The notes below the pieces were generated by a model that ran no database searches, was not told where the DNA came from, and worked only from the letters and a program-made list of their open reading frames with translations. This document shows positions 27,962 through 37,448 of a stretch of DNA of 64,000 nucleotides, one piece after another. The stretch comes from a virus, in IMG/VR virus record IMGVR_UViG_3300045988_121070; one strand, 5' to 3'. Both the position numbers and the translations under genes were made by a program. Within the stretch, counting starts at the first letter, position 1, and the number at the start of each line of letters is the position of its first letter.

Positions 27962-28777
27962 CTATTTAGGCAAAGCGAGGATGTCGTATTCAGCAAGCGA
28001 CTTGATAACGTAATCGACGATGACCGACGGATTGATAGAGATAGCCTTACCCTGGGCATTGATAGCCAGCAGGCGAGTTACATCAGCGCCATTGTTAGTC
28101 GTTGTTGCCGTCAGCGGCACGTATGTATTGGCAGCATCCGTAGATTTCAGGAATGGAGTGAGGTCTATCTGTCCTACCATCGGGTCCCAAATGGTGCCGT
28201 TCCACACGTAGTTCGTGCCAGCAGGAATTTTGCCATTCTCAGCCACCACATTATACATGTGTCCCTTCTTCATGCCCGAAGCAGGCAGGTGAGCAAAATC
28301 CTCCACCTGTCCCTCATAGGAGATAGCAGCACCCAGTGCGATAATCTTTGCCAGCAGTTCTGCGATAGCCGCCTGTACCTGAGTGGCCACCAGTCCGACG
28401 ATAGCCGTGAGGTTCACGTCAGCCGCCTGTCCCGACTTGCCGACATCCGATACTGTGTCGTCGATGATCTCGCGTACCTTACTCTCATCTATTGGTTCGT
28501 CACCACCATCCTCGATAGGTGTGACAGAAGCCGTTGCCGGTTTCTTGAATACAGCGAGGCGATAGGTCTTACCCTCCTCGGCCTTGGTGAAGTCGTAGGA
28601 AGCCTCCTTGTAGGTGAAGAACGAGTCTTTACGAAGCCATGAGCCATTATCTTGCAGCTCATCGATACTTACCACGTAATAGTCCTCCTTAGCGTAGGCG
28701 ACTGCGATGGTGTTTTTACCCGTAAATTGACCTGAGACAAATTTCGGGTGGGAATAGGAAAATTGCAGTTCAGTCAT
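27962..28777 (-). CDS. Hypothetical structural protein
   Basis: 271 aa ORF, first gene after the promoter module at 28800. Confidence 0.6.
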   Translation of the reverse strand: MTELQFSYSHPKFVSGQFTGKNTIAVAYAKEDYYVVSIDELQDNGSWLRKDSFFTYKEASYDFTKAEEGKTYRLAVFKKPATASVTPIEDGGDEPIDESKVREIIDDTVSDVGKSGQAADVNLTAIVGLVATQVQAAIAELLAKIIALGAAISYEGQVEDFAHLPASGMKKGHMYNVVAENGKIPAGTNYVWNGTIWDPMVGQIDLTPFLKSTDAANTYVPLTATTTNNGADVTRLLAINAQGKAISINPSVIVDYVIKSLAEYDILALPK

Positions 28778-28799
28778 ATCGAAAAAATTTATTTTTGCA

Positions 28800-28836
28800 C
28801 AAAGATACGAAGACGGGGTGACGAGGGCGGGACAAA
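28800..28836 (-). promoter_or_regulatory. Promoter module: TATCTTTG plus TTTGTCCCGCCCTCGTCAC
   Basis: The -7 box is 23 nt upstream of ATG 28777. Confidence 0.55.
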
Positions 28837-28838
28837 AA

Positions 28839-28860
28839 GCCCCACCGAAATCGGCGGGGC
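28839..28860 (-). repeat. GC hairpin family copy
   Basis: gccccaccgaaatcggcggggc followed by atggtgatta, 3' of the terminase gene. Confidence 0.65.
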
Positions 28861-28867
28861 ATGGTGA

Positions 28868-30904
28868 TTATTCGGGGAGCGGGAGGCACATGCCGGACAT
28901 GTTGGCGAGATGGTAGCGGCAGCCTATATATAGCGAGTCGAAAGCATCCGTGCCATCGGTACGGTATTCGAGGCGTACCGAGTCATCTTCACTCTCAGAC
29001 AGTTTTTCACCAGCTTTCCATTTACGGAAGCCACGATAGGACATCTGTACCTCGGCAGTGGTAAGAGCGACAATCAGTGCCTCGTTATTCTCGCGGTTGA
29101 TGCGGATAGCCGGATAGATAGCCCCTGCCAGAGACTCGTTGATATCCTTATATTTCTGTTGATGTTCCACCGGCGCACCCATATCAATGGCACGGACGTT
29201 CCAGCCGTAGTTTGTCAGTTCTGAGATTACCACATCCTTAAAGTCCTCAGCCCCTTCGAGTGCATAGCCACGGAATTTCGCTGTTGCATCGAAGAAAAAC
29301 ACCACCTCTTTATTTTTCTTCATGTGAGGTTTGTAGTAATGATGCCAGTCAGCCATCAGTTCACGCAACTTACGTTCATACTTCACGTACATAGACGAAA
29401 GCACGTTGAGACATTCCTGGTTGTCGCGTTTGTAAAGCTGTCCCGTGACTACCCAGTTGATGTTGGCGTTGTAATCGAGTGCGATATACAGCGGCAGTGC
29501 ATCCATCACGTCACCATCGAGGGTGCAGTCCTTCAGGTTTCCCAGTCCGTAGAAGTCAGGAGTCTCGTATTCCTCCTCGGTAACAGAACCACCGAGCACC
29601 GAAGAAGCCTTTTTCTTTGTGAAAGAGTTGTCGATGGCAGGGCAATCGTCGGGGATATATCCATGCACATTCTCGATGTCGAGGTTAGAGTAGAAGCCAT
29701 CGTTAGACTTCTGTACTTTTTTATTCAGAATAGATATGGCAAAGACCACCGGCGGCAGGTCACGCGCCATGCGAGCGATATACGAATCGCCAAGGATATC
29801 TATATTGTCAAGTGAGGAAGCCCTCCAAAAGCAGAAAGCGTTGCACTGCAATTCACGGATATGTCGCTGGTACGGTTTAGACTCCGATATCATCATCATG
29901 TCGAAGTCCTGTTCAGGCGTAATGAGATACTTATGACAAAACAGCAGTTCCGCTTCATCAGGAGAGATTAGTTTATAGTTGATCGCCATGTCGAGCATGG
30001 CCTTATTGATGCGTTTTCCGTAGTTAGGCAGGATTTTGAAAGGCCCCTCATGGTTAATCATCATGTTTGCCTTTGCCTGGATAGCCGCAATCTGTTCTGC
30101 AGGCAGCAGGATAGGCACACAGCCATCGCGTTCGGCATTACGCAACAGTTCGTTAGCCCACATAACCCTTTCCGCATAATCAGTGAGCAGCTGCTGTATC
30201 TCGCGGTACGTCTTATCTGCGAAGCGTCCAGACTCAGGGTGCATATCCAGTTTTTCCTCCTCCTTCTCCAGCCAGTTACCCTTTGCTGTGAGCGAAGCAT
30301 CAGAGGCGAAGAAAGTAGATTTGAATAGCGGGTTAGCATCAGAAAATGACGGGTCGCCGAGTGGATGCACGATACCTGACAGTGCCGGCATGATTTCGCC
30401 GTCGATCTTAGCCTTAGACATAAACTTACACTCATCCGCCACGATGCTGTTAGCCGTGATAGAGTTTGCAGAGCCGGTGACGGCGAGTGATATAAGTTGC
30501 CAGATAGTGCCATTAGCGAACCAGATGACGTTATCCCATGTCTTAGGCGTGATAACAGGCTTTTGTACCCATCGCGGCGGTTTTCCCCATCCGAAATGCC
30601 GTCCCTCCTGAATATTGAAAAAACGCTCAATGGCCGCAATGGTGCCAGGTACGGTACGTGTGTATAACTGTTTGCGGGAGTTACCCAGCCACAGGTTAGT
30701 GGCACGAGGCATAGACTGCGAGACGCGGTATATACGCGGTCCTATGGATCCGTCCGTCTTACCGAAACGTCGAGCAGCCAGCAGTCGCACATCCCTTGCA
30801 TTCGAGTAATAGATGCGCTGCTGCATCGGGTTCATATAAACGTCACGTCTCTTAGCCATTCTCGTCGAAGATATCCTTTTCGGGTTCAGGTTCTGGTTGT
30901 TCAT
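28868..30904 (-). CDS. terL: Terminase large subunit
   Basis: 678 aa. Walker A-like AARRFGKTDG, Walker B-like SIVADECKF, and a C-terminal nuclease-sized domain. Confidence 0.75.
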   Translation of the reverse strand: MNNQNLNPKRISSTRMAKRRDVYMNPMQQRIYYSNARDVRLLAARRFGKTDGSIGPRIYRVSQSMPRATNLWLGNSRKQLYTRTVPGTIAAIERFFNIQEGRHFGWGKPPRWVQKPVITPKTWDNVIWFANGTIWQLISLAVTGSANSITANSIVADECKFMSKAKIDGEIMPALSGIVHPLGDPSFSDANPLFKSTFFASDASLTAKGNWLEKEEEKLDMHPESGRFADKTYREIQQLLTDYAERVMWANELLRNAERDGCVPILLPAEQIAAIQAKANMMINHEGPFKILPNYGKRINKAMLDMAINYKLISPDEAELLFCHKYLITPEQDFDMMMISESKPYQRHIRELQCNAFCFWRASSLDNIDILGDSYIARMARDLPPVVFAISILNKKVQKSNDGFYSNLDIENVHGYIPDDCPAIDNSFTKKKASSVLGGSVTEEEYETPDFYGLGNLKDCTLDGDVMDALPLYIALDYNANINWVVTGQLYKRDNQECLNVLSSMYVKYERKLRELMADWHHYYKPHMKKNKEVVFFFDATAKFRGYALEGAEDFKDVVISELTNYGWNVRAIDMGAPVEHQQKYKDINESLAGAIYPAIRINRENNEALIVALTTAEVQMSYRGFRKWKAGEKLSESEDDSVRLEYRTDGTDAFDSLYIGCRYHLANMSGMCLPLPE

Positions 30905-31574
30905 CAGGCATCTGCCAGGTTCCCTCCGAGTTCTGTATCATATCAACAACCTGTTTGTCGGTAAGACCATAGCGACGAGCAAACTTCTTTTTCTCCTCGT
31001 CGGTATAGTTTACGCGGTCGCGCTTTACAACCGACACATCGCCTGTGATGTTGATTTCCGAATCCGGCATCTGTTCAGCCGCATTCTCTTTCTCCTGGAA
31101 GTTGTTATTGAGTTGCATTTTCAGGTCGGCACCCGACTTGACGCTGCGAGGGTCGCCCATTTTCATTCCCTCACGGATGAGCCAGTCGGAGGCATCCTGT
31201 ACCTTTGCCTTCTCGATATTCTCCGTTGGTACGTCGAAGCGTCCGATGATATGGTTGAAGAGCGCCACGTCGTTAGATATCTCCGTTGGTGTGCGAGGAA
31301 TACCAGGGCGTATGTTCATCGCATCGACATACTCAATGGCTTTGGAGTCGCCAGCTGCTGCTTTCTGAAGCAGTACGGGATATTCACGGGCAGCGATACG
31401 GCGCATGATGTCGGTTGGTCGTATCTGTTTATCTTGCAGCCATATTTTATACGCTTCGTAGGCGAGGAGCGCACGGAAACGCTGATCGGGTGACATAATC
31501 ATCTTATCGATGGTGATGCCACCCAGCAGCCAGCGTTCTACTTTGTCGAAATATTTTTCTGAGGGTTTTGACAT
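30852..31574 (-). CDS. Putative terminase small subunit or DNA-packaging accessory protein
   Basis: 240 aa ORF overlapping the terL start. The call rests on position only. Confidence 0.4.
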   Translation of the reverse strand: MSKPSEKYFDKVERWLLGGITIDKMIMSPDQRFRALLAYEAYKIWLQDKQIRPTDIMRRIAAREYPVLLQKAAAGDSKAIEYVDAMNIRPGIPRTPTEISNDVALFNHIIGRFDVPTENIEKAKVQDASDWLIREGMKMGDPRSVKSGADLKMQLNNNFQEKENAAEQMPDSEINITGDVSVVKRDRVNYTDEEKKKFARRYGLTDKQVVDMIQNSEGTWQMPDEQPEPEPEKDIFDENG

Positions 31575-31592
31575 GATGAGAAGGGGAGATAC

Positions 31593-31607
31593 GGCGATTT
31601 AATCGCC
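31593..31607. promoter_or_regulatory. PAL-B copy
   Basis: ggcgatttaatcgcc followed by tgacaaaaacgaaacaaggg. Confidence 0.6.
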
Positions 31608-31667
31608 TGACAAAAACGAAACAAGGGAGGCTATGGCATAGCCACATACGATACAGACGGGACAGAA

Positions 31668-31688
31668 CCCAGCGGGCGAACCGCTGGG
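31668..31688 (-). repeat. GC hairpin family copy
   Basis: cccagcgggcgaaccgctggg followed by cactgttgtta. Confidence 0.7.
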
Positions 31689-31696
31689 CACTGTTG

Positions 31697-32056
31697 TTAT
31701 GAGCGCATCTTAGCGTAGTGCTTACGCTTGCGCAAGTTATATTTATCCTTACCTGTGCGCATGAGATATTCGCCATAGTCCTTTGGCGACATGCCATAGT
31801 TGCCCGCCATGAGGTGAGTACCGAAGGGACCATAAGGATTGTTAGCGAACGTGCGTACCACCTTTGCTGGAGTGCGTGATGTAGCCTGCTGTCCCTGGTT
31901 GACAGAGCGCTGTGCAGGTGCTTTCTGTTCGATTTGGGGACTATTGGACTGAGCCGTCTGACTAATGACCTGCTGACCGGCAGGTGACGATATAAGGCCA
32001 CCCATGACGGCGGCAGCGCCTGCTAACATAGCAGACATGAGACTTTTCTTTTTCAT
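31697..32056 (-). CDS. Small hypothetical protein with N-terminal hydrophobic segment
   Basis: 119 aa, starting MKKKSLMSAMLAGAAAVMGGLISS. Confidence 0.45.
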   Translation of the reverse strand: MKKKSLMSAMLAGAAAVMGGLISSPAGQQVISQTAQSNSPQIEQKAPAQRSVNQGQQATSRTPAKVVRTFANNPYGPFGTHLMAGNYGMSPKDYGEYLMRTGKDKYNLRKRKHYAKMRS

Positions 32057-32077
32057 TGTTATTTGGCGTTTTTAGGA

Positions 32078-32097
32078 CCCAGCGGAAAACCGCTGGG
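32078..32097 (-). repeat. GC hairpin family copy
   Basis: cccagcggaaaaccgctggg followed by cacgttggtta. Confidence 0.7.
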
Positions 32098-32116
32098 CAC
32101 GTTGGTTATTTATGAC

Positions 32117-32131
32117 GGCGATGCAATCGCC
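32117..32131. promoter_or_regulatory. PAL-B copy
   Basis: ggcgatgcaatcgcc followed by taacaattaacgaaacagag. Confidence 0.6.
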
Positions 32132-32153
32132 TAACAATTAACGAAACAGAGAC

Positions 32154-33356
32154 CTAAGCCTTTTTTGAGGCATCCTTTTTTGCAGCCTTCTTAGCTGCTT
32201 TCTTTTCGGCTTTCTTAGCCTCGCGAGCGGCACGTTCAGCCTCCAATTTCGGTTTGATGTTCTTTTCGCAATCCTCTTTGGCAGCTTCGAGGATGGGGAG
32301 GTAAGTCTTTGCTTCCTCTTCACCAATCAGTTCTACCAATTCCTGATAGCGAGCCGTCATCGTCTCGATGCGCTTAGGCGTGTTATCCTTATCTTTACGC
32401 TGGAGGTATTTCACGATATCATCGACAGCCTTTTTCTTAGCTTCCGCCTTTTCGCGAGCCTCCTTCTGTACGGGGTCAGACTCTTTAATCATTTCGATAA
32501 CCTTAGCCTTGAAAGCCTCCTGGTTCTCCACCTTATCCCAATAGGGTCGAAGCGTAGTGCGGAGCGCCTTTGGATCGACCTTCTGAGCCTCGATAGACGC
32601 ACGGAAAGCCGTGTCCTCCTTCAGGCGCACATATACCGTGGCCATTTCGTTGTCAACACGCTCATAAATGCCCTCCACCTGTTTAGTGAGGCGGATAGCT
32701 TCTTCCGCATACGGAGCCACCTCCTGTTCAGGTTTGCCGGCGAGAGCCAGAGCCTTAGCCGTAGCGTCGGCATCCTCCTGACGAGTGCGCAAGTCGCGAA
32801 TCGTCTCGATAGCATTAGCGAGGTCTGGTGACATCAGCCACTTCAGCTGGTCGAGGTGCAGCATAGTACCACCACCCATAGAGCCAGCCACTGTCTCAGG
32901 AGCGGCAGCGTCGATGGTTGGGATGTCCGCCTTTTTACCGAAAAGCGTATCTTCGGCAGCCTCACGTTCCTGGCGTTCCTTTTCGGCAGCGAGGGCACGA
33001 GCAGCAGCTTCCTCCTTAGTGGGGCGGCCCACATGCGATGCGAGGAGAGCAGGGTCGGTGAGATCCACGGCAGGCACCGATGTCTTCAAGTCAGCGGTAA
33101 TCTTATCCGCATAGCGGCGGATGAGTTTCTTACGAGAAGCGTAGTCTTTGAAGCGCAGCGCCTCATTGACGAAAGCACGGCAGAAGGGGAAAGCAGCCAT
33201 GAGGTTCAGTCCCTTCTCGATCTGTTCACGTATGCCGGACGTGATGTTTCCCGCCTTTTCGATGACCGGCAGGTGTTCGGCATACCAGTTCTGGTAATCA
33301 GCGAGCCACGCCTTGCGTTCCTCTGCTGACATCTGGGTGAAATTTTTTGTATTCAT
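32154..33356 (-). CDS. Charged Lys/Glu/Ala-rich protein with basic AKKA tail
   Basis: 400 aa, ending AREAKKAEKKAAKKAAKKDASKKA. Confidence 0.6.
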   Translation of the reverse strand: MNTKNFTQMSAEERKAWLADYQNWYAEHLPVIEKAGNITSGIREQIEKGLNLMAAFPFCRAFVNEALRFKDYASRKKLIRRYADKITADLKTSVPAVDLTDPALLASHVGRPTKEEAAARALAAEKERQEREAAEDTLFGKKADIPTIDAAAPETVAGSMGGGTMLHLDQLKWLMSPDLANAIETIRDLRTRQEDADATAKALALAGKPEQEVAPYAEEAIRLTKQVEGIYERVDNEMATVYVRLKEDTAFRASIEAQKVDPKALRTTLRPYWDKVENQEAFKAKVIEMIKESDPVQKEAREKAEAKKKAVDDIVKYLQRKDKDNTPKRIETMTARYQELVELIGEEEAKTYLPILEAAKEDCEKNIKPKLEAERAAREAKKAEKKAAKKAAKKDASKKA

Positions 33357-33373
33357 ACTACCTTTGTTTTTAG

Positions 33374-33392
33374 GCTGCTGTGCTGCAGCAGC
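33374..33392 (-). promoter_or_regulatory. PAL-A-like variant palindrome
   Basis: gctgctgtgctgcagcagc followed by atactaaac, upstream of ATG 33356. Confidence 0.4.
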
Positions 33393-33461
33393 ATACTAAA
33401 CATTTAACACGATGCAAAAATAGGGGAAAATTTTTTGGAGGTGGGGACAAAAAAAAGGGAT

Positions 33462-33476
33462 GGCGATACAATCGCC
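33462..33476. promoter_or_regulatory. PAL-B copy
   Basis: ggcgatacaatcgcc followed by ttacaaaagaggggacgaaaa. Confidence 0.6.
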
Positions 33477-33522
33477 TTACAAAAGAGGGGACGAAAACCC
33501 AGCGGGGGGAATCGTTGGGCGC

Positions 33523-33552
33523 AAAAAAAAGTCCTACCGATTGCGGTAGGAC
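33523..33552 (-). terminator. Intrinsic terminator after CDS 33581..34156
   Basis: On the minus strand, gtcctaccgcaatcggtaggac is followed by tttttttt. Confidence 0.75.
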
Positions 33553-33580
33553 CTTTTTATGAGGTGAAAACCCTAAATAA

Positions 33581-34156
33581 TTAAGGGTTCTGTGTTTGAG
33601 CAGGATTAGCAGAAGCCAGGAGTGAATCCCAACCATCGTCAGGAGCAGTGACATAGAGGTTGTCATACAATACACCATTGAGGTGGAACTCCAGTGTAGT
33701 CTGACGGTCATCAGAAGTAGCAGCGCCCGTGTCGGACTTAATACCACCCTGTTCAGCCTTTACGCGGCGGTTAGGATCGTACATAATCTGCGTGTCGCCG
33801 GTGTTGCCATCAGGAACGATGATACCGATATTCAGATTGTTCAATGCACGAGACAGCTCAGAGGTCTTCTTATTGACCGCCTCGATGATAGCATTGTAGG
33901 TGAGGTTATAGCCACCGTTGGGACCCTGGCTCTCACCTTGGATCTGCTGGCTCTCATCCTTCAGGTCGAACTTATAGAGACCCTTACCTGACTTGAACGT
34001 AGGCACAGAGTAAGTATTACCCGTCAATTTGAGTGGTGTGAGGAGGTCAGACTTCACGAAGTAGTAAGCCACCGCAGAGGTACCACCGATATTCTCCAGG
34101 CAATTTTCCTCGTTCAGGTAGTTGTCGAGGTTAGGGCATGTTACTGTATCAGCCAT
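33581..34156 (-). CDS. Hypothetical head- or tail-associated protein
   Basis: 191 aa ORF directly downstream of the capsid gene, ending in a strong terminator. Confidence 0.6.
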   Translation of the reverse strand: MADTVTCPNLDNYLNEENCLENIGGTSAVAYYFVKSDLLTPLKLTGNTYSVPTFKSGKGLYKFDLKDESQQIQGESQGPNGGYNLTYNAIIEAVNKKTSELSRALNNLNIGIIVPDGNTGDTQIMYDPNRRVKAEQGGIKSDTGAATSDDRQTTLEFHLNGVLYDNLYVTAPDDGWDSLLASANPAQTQNP

Positions 34157-34198
34157 AATCTTGAAATTTTAATATTTGACGTTTAGTGTTTATAAGTA

Positions 34199-34218
34199 CC
34201 CAGCCGAGAGCGGCTGGG
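34199..34218 (-). repeat. GC hairpin family copy
   Basis: cccagccgagagcggctggg followed by cactatg. Confidence 0.65.
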
Positions 34219-34235
34219 CACTATGAGAGAGGAGA

Positions 34236-35513
34236 TTACGCGTTAGGAGCGAAGAATGCGGTGATAGCCATCGGCATACCTGTTGCTGTGATAGAGATCT
34301 CAGTGTCAGTCTTGCCGTTGCTCCAAGAGACAAACTTCTGGTTATCGCCAGGAACAGCCTTCAGCGTTACGATAGCGTTAGGAGCGAAGTCCAGAGGAGT
34401 ATTGTAAGCCTCTCCGTTGACCTGTACGGTACCCGTACCATCGATGCTTACCACGAGCTTAGAGTTCTCGTAGTCGCCATTGATGACGTTCTCAGCAATC
34501 GAGCCGTCGCTGATAGCGAAGACAGAAGCCAATGGGTTGAAGATACGAGTGCCCTGAATAGACTGAATCTGGAAGATTACATCCTGAGCATCCTCGTCGC
34601 TACCGAACTGTACCTTAACAAAAGTCTGATTGTTTTCAGAGTCAACTCCATACTGGAGGTTGTTAGGAATAGTTGCCATGAGGCGAGTTCCTACACCCCA
34701 AGCATCAGACGGACAGAACTCTACGCGAGGCATCTCAGGCACGGTGAAGTTGCCGTTAGGCAGGTAAGTCACCTTAGAGTTTCCGTGATACTTGTTAGAG
34801 TAGCCCTGTGCGATGTAGATACCACGCAGGATGTCACAGTGGAGCTTCACTACCTTCTGCTGGCGCAGACGAGCATCCCACTTCGTGTACCATTCAAGAA
34901 CGGTGTCGAAAGGAGTAGAGTCGTGAGCGTCGGTAGGAACACCGATAGCGTCGCAAGGAATGAGGTTGCCGTTGGTCTCGCTGATGATACCATCTGCGAT
35001 GTCGTGAGCGATGTCGGTGTGGAAACCGTCATAGAGCGAGAGCTTCTGCTTTGCCTCGTCAGGATCATCCTCATACTCCATGTTACCGAAGAAGAGGTTA
35101 GACTTCAGATCCTCGGCATAAGACTTCAGGATGGCCTCACATGCGACAGTAGAGAGAGGATAGTCGCCACCGGCCTTGCCATCGGTACCAAAGACAGTCT
35201 CAACATAGTTGTCGATATTGTCACGGTAACGGTTCCAAGTCAGCTTTGCGACCAGGGTGCGCTCCTTCAAGAAACCAATCTTGTTCTCCACAGGTGTACC
35301 CACCTTCTTACGACGGGTAGTGCCACCCTTACGGACGAGCAGATGGTCAGTTTTCTTGTACTGAACGCCAGAAATTACCTGAATGCCGAGGCGGTCGAGC
35401 AACTCAGGATCTTCGTAGGCAGGACCCATAACGATCTGCTTACCTACTTGCTCGGCTACGTGAGTCAGTGCCTCACGTCCGATGAACTCAGGTGCGTTGT
35501 TGTTGTTAGGCAT
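34236..35513 (-). CDS. Probable major capsid protein
   Basis: 425 aa ORF immediately after the protease/scaffold gene. The call rests on position and size. Confidence 0.6.
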   Translation of the reverse strand: MPNNNNAPEFIGREALTHVAEQVGKQIVMGPAYEDPELLDRLGIQVISGVQYKKTDHLLVRKGGTTRRKKVGTPVENKIGFLKERTLVAKLTWNRYRDNIDNYVETVFGTDGKAGGDYPLSTVACEAILKSYAEDLKSNLFFGNMEYEDDPDEAKQKLSLYDGFHTDIAHDIADGIISETNGNLIPCDAIGVPTDAHDSTPFDTVLEWYTKWDARLRQQKVVKLHCDILRGIYIAQGYSNKYHGNSKVTYLPNGNFTVPEMPRVEFCPSDAWGVGTRLMATIPNNLQYGVDSENNQTFVKVQFGSDEDAQDVIFQIQSIQGTRIFNPLASVFAISDGSIAENVINGDYENSKLVVSIDGTGTVQVNGEAYNTPLDFAPNAIVTLKAVPGDNQKFVSWSNGKTDTEISITATGMPMAITAFFAPNA

Positions 35514-35550
35514 AACTTTGATTTTTTAAAGGGTTAATAATTTGGAAATT

Positions 35551-37188
35551 TTACGCATTGATTTTTGCCATGTACTCCTTGCGGATGCGGGCATTCTCCA
35601 GAGGTGACTTTGTGTGGTCGTAAGCAGGCATACCACCCTCGGCCTTCTGTTCCTCGGCACCCTGGCCGTTGTTAGCAGGAGAGCCAGCAGGTACAGCAGC
35701 AGCAGCCGTTGTCAGTTGCTCAATCTGTCCCTTCTGGTCGGTGATGGTCTGATTAGCGGCGGCCAGTTGGTCCTTAACCTCCTTCAGTTCCTTTTCAGCC
35801 TTCTCGCGAGCAGCAATCTCAGCATTGAGTGCAGTGGTGTGCTCCTCTTTGAGCGTGTTGACAGCTTGCTCGTGTGCATCGTTCAATTCCTTCTCACGAG
35901 CAGAGACGGCATCTTTCTTAGTAGTCTCGGCCTGGCTGACTTGTGTCTTCAGACCCTCGATCAGTTTCAGAGCATCCGCCTTTTCAGTGGCGTTAGTCTC
36001 AAGTGTCTGGTTGAGTGCTTCGAGCATGTCGGGCACGAAGTGAGCGCCCTCAGCGTCCACTACCAGCTCAGGTACACCGCAAGCGGTGGCAATTTTTTCA
36101 TACTGTTTCATATTCTCATTGTTTAAGGGGTTGTTCTTTTCTCCCTCGGTGGCAGAACCACCGAGCACAGTGGCATCCGTGGCAGGAGTGGCAGCGGTGG
36201 CAGCTTCGGCTGCTGGTGCAGGTTCCTGTTCGGGTACATCATCTTCAGGAGCAACGGGAGCCACACGTTCGATAGGCTGTGCGGTGCCGTTGGCTACCTC
36301 GAAAGCACGGGTGATAACCTCTCCGAGTGTCATCTGGCCATCGCAGAGGATGCCCTTGACCTTTTCAGCCTCGAAGACCTTACCATGGATATGCTCATCC
36401 TTAGCAGCAGGAAAAGCCTTTTGGATGTCCGAGCGGAACTGTACGCCATCCTCCTTCAGTTCGTCGATGAGCACCTTATCATTCTTCGGGTCATCGGCGA
36501 GGTCACGATACCATTTGTTTTTGTCGTAGGACTCTGGATCGTAAAGTTCGTGGAACGTCTCGTTGGTGTATTTGTTGGTCGTACCGTTCTTTTCTGTGTA
36601 GAACACAGCCATGACACCGATAGAGCCAAACATGTCTTTGGGGTGCATGTAATACACCTCGTCACACTGAGAAGCCAGGTACATGGCAGCAGAGGCACAG
36701 AGACCATCGACGAAAGCATACACTTTCTGTCCGCGTTCGTGTGCATAGTCGATAGCCTGCTTAAAGTCGTTGATAGCCCAAGCGGAGCCACCAGGCGAGT
36801 TAATGACAAAGACATGTGCCTTACAGAACTCGTTATTAGCAGCCTCCATGAGCCAGTCGCGCAGATCCATCGAGCCATAGGAGCAGGCACCACCTTCGCG
36901 GGTGATAGGACCGGCCACCGGCATGACATTGACGAAAGGCGCATCCATGTCCTCCATCCACCAGCGGCTTTCTACCTTGCCTTGCTCAGTCACCTGGTAC
37001 TCCTTGATTTCGGGAGCGGCATCCTCGGCAGACTTGATGAGCTGCATGGCGTATGGCTTTTTCTTTTTGTCGAACTCCAAAGCGACGTGACCATTCAGGT
37101 TCTGTTCCCACATGGTACGAGAACCATGCACGTATTCCGGCATGATCATCCACTTCTTCGTTGACAGGATTTCTAATAGTCCATTCAT
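35551..37188 (-). CDS. S49 (SppA/ClpP-like) head maturation protease fused to a coiled-coil scaffold
   Basis: VINSPGGSAWAINDF...FVDGLCASAAMYLAS...GSIGV matches the S49 peptidase pattern. The C-terminal 200 aa are Ala/Glu/Lys coiled coil. Confidence 0.8.
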   Translation of the reverse strand: MNGLLEILSTKKWMIMPEYVHGSRTMWEQNLNGHVALEFDKKKKPYAMQLIKSAEDAAPEIKEYQVTEQGKVESRWWMEDMDAPFVNVMPVAGPITREGGACSYGSMDLRDWLMEAANNEFCKAHVFVINSPGGSAWAINDFKQAIDYAHERGQKVYAFVDGLCASAAMYLASQCDEVYYMHPKDMFGSIGVMAVFYTEKNGTTNKYTNETFHELYDPESYDKNKWYRDLADDPKNDKVLIDELKEDGVQFRSDIQKAFPAAKDEHIHGKVFEAEKVKGILCDGQMTLGEVITRAFEVANGTAQPIERVAPVAPEDDVPEQEPAPAAEAATAATPATDATVLGGSATEGEKNNPLNNENMKQYEKIATACGVPELVVDAEGAHFVPDMLEALNQTLETNATEKADALKLIEGLKTQVSQAETTKKDAVSAREKELNDAHEQAVNTLKEEHTTALNAEIAAREKAEKELKEVKDQLAAANQTITDQKGQIEQLTTAAAAVPAGSPANNGQGAEEQKAEGGMPAYDHTKSPLENARIRKEYMAKINA

Positions 37189-37283
37189 ACTTTTGCGAAT
37201 TAAATTCTACGGCAAAGGTATTGAATGCGTGTGATGAGAATGGGTGTGTTTTTCGAGGTGAAATGAGCGTTTTAGGGGAGGAC

Positions 37284-37298
37284 GGCGATAAAATCGCC
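37284..37298. promoter_or_regulatory. PAL-B copy
   Basis: ggcgataaaatcgcc followed by taacaataaacgaaacaaggg. Confidence 0.6.
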
Positions 37299-37362
37299 TA
37301 ACAATAAACGAAACAAGGGCGGAGAGGCCCAGCACTAAAGTGCGGAGAACGAGAACGAAAAA

Positions 37363-37384
37363 GCCCCACCGAAAACGGCGGGGC
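37363..37384 (-). repeat. GC hairpin family copy
   Basis: gccccaccgaaaacggcggggc followed by ggggtggta. A second partial copy lies at 37411-37428. Confidence 0.6.
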
Positions 37385-37448
37385 GGGGTGGTAGGAGCGG
37401 GAATGGTCAACGGGCGAACCGCTGGGCACCCTATACATTATATATATA

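Noticed and set aside
28868-30904. Short overlapping minus-strand ORFs inside large genes (for example 30061..30705, 27163..27798, 12260..12886, 19872..20384) as possible overprinted genes.
   Set aside because: They are alternative frames of well-supported genes, with no start context, no motifs and skewed composition.
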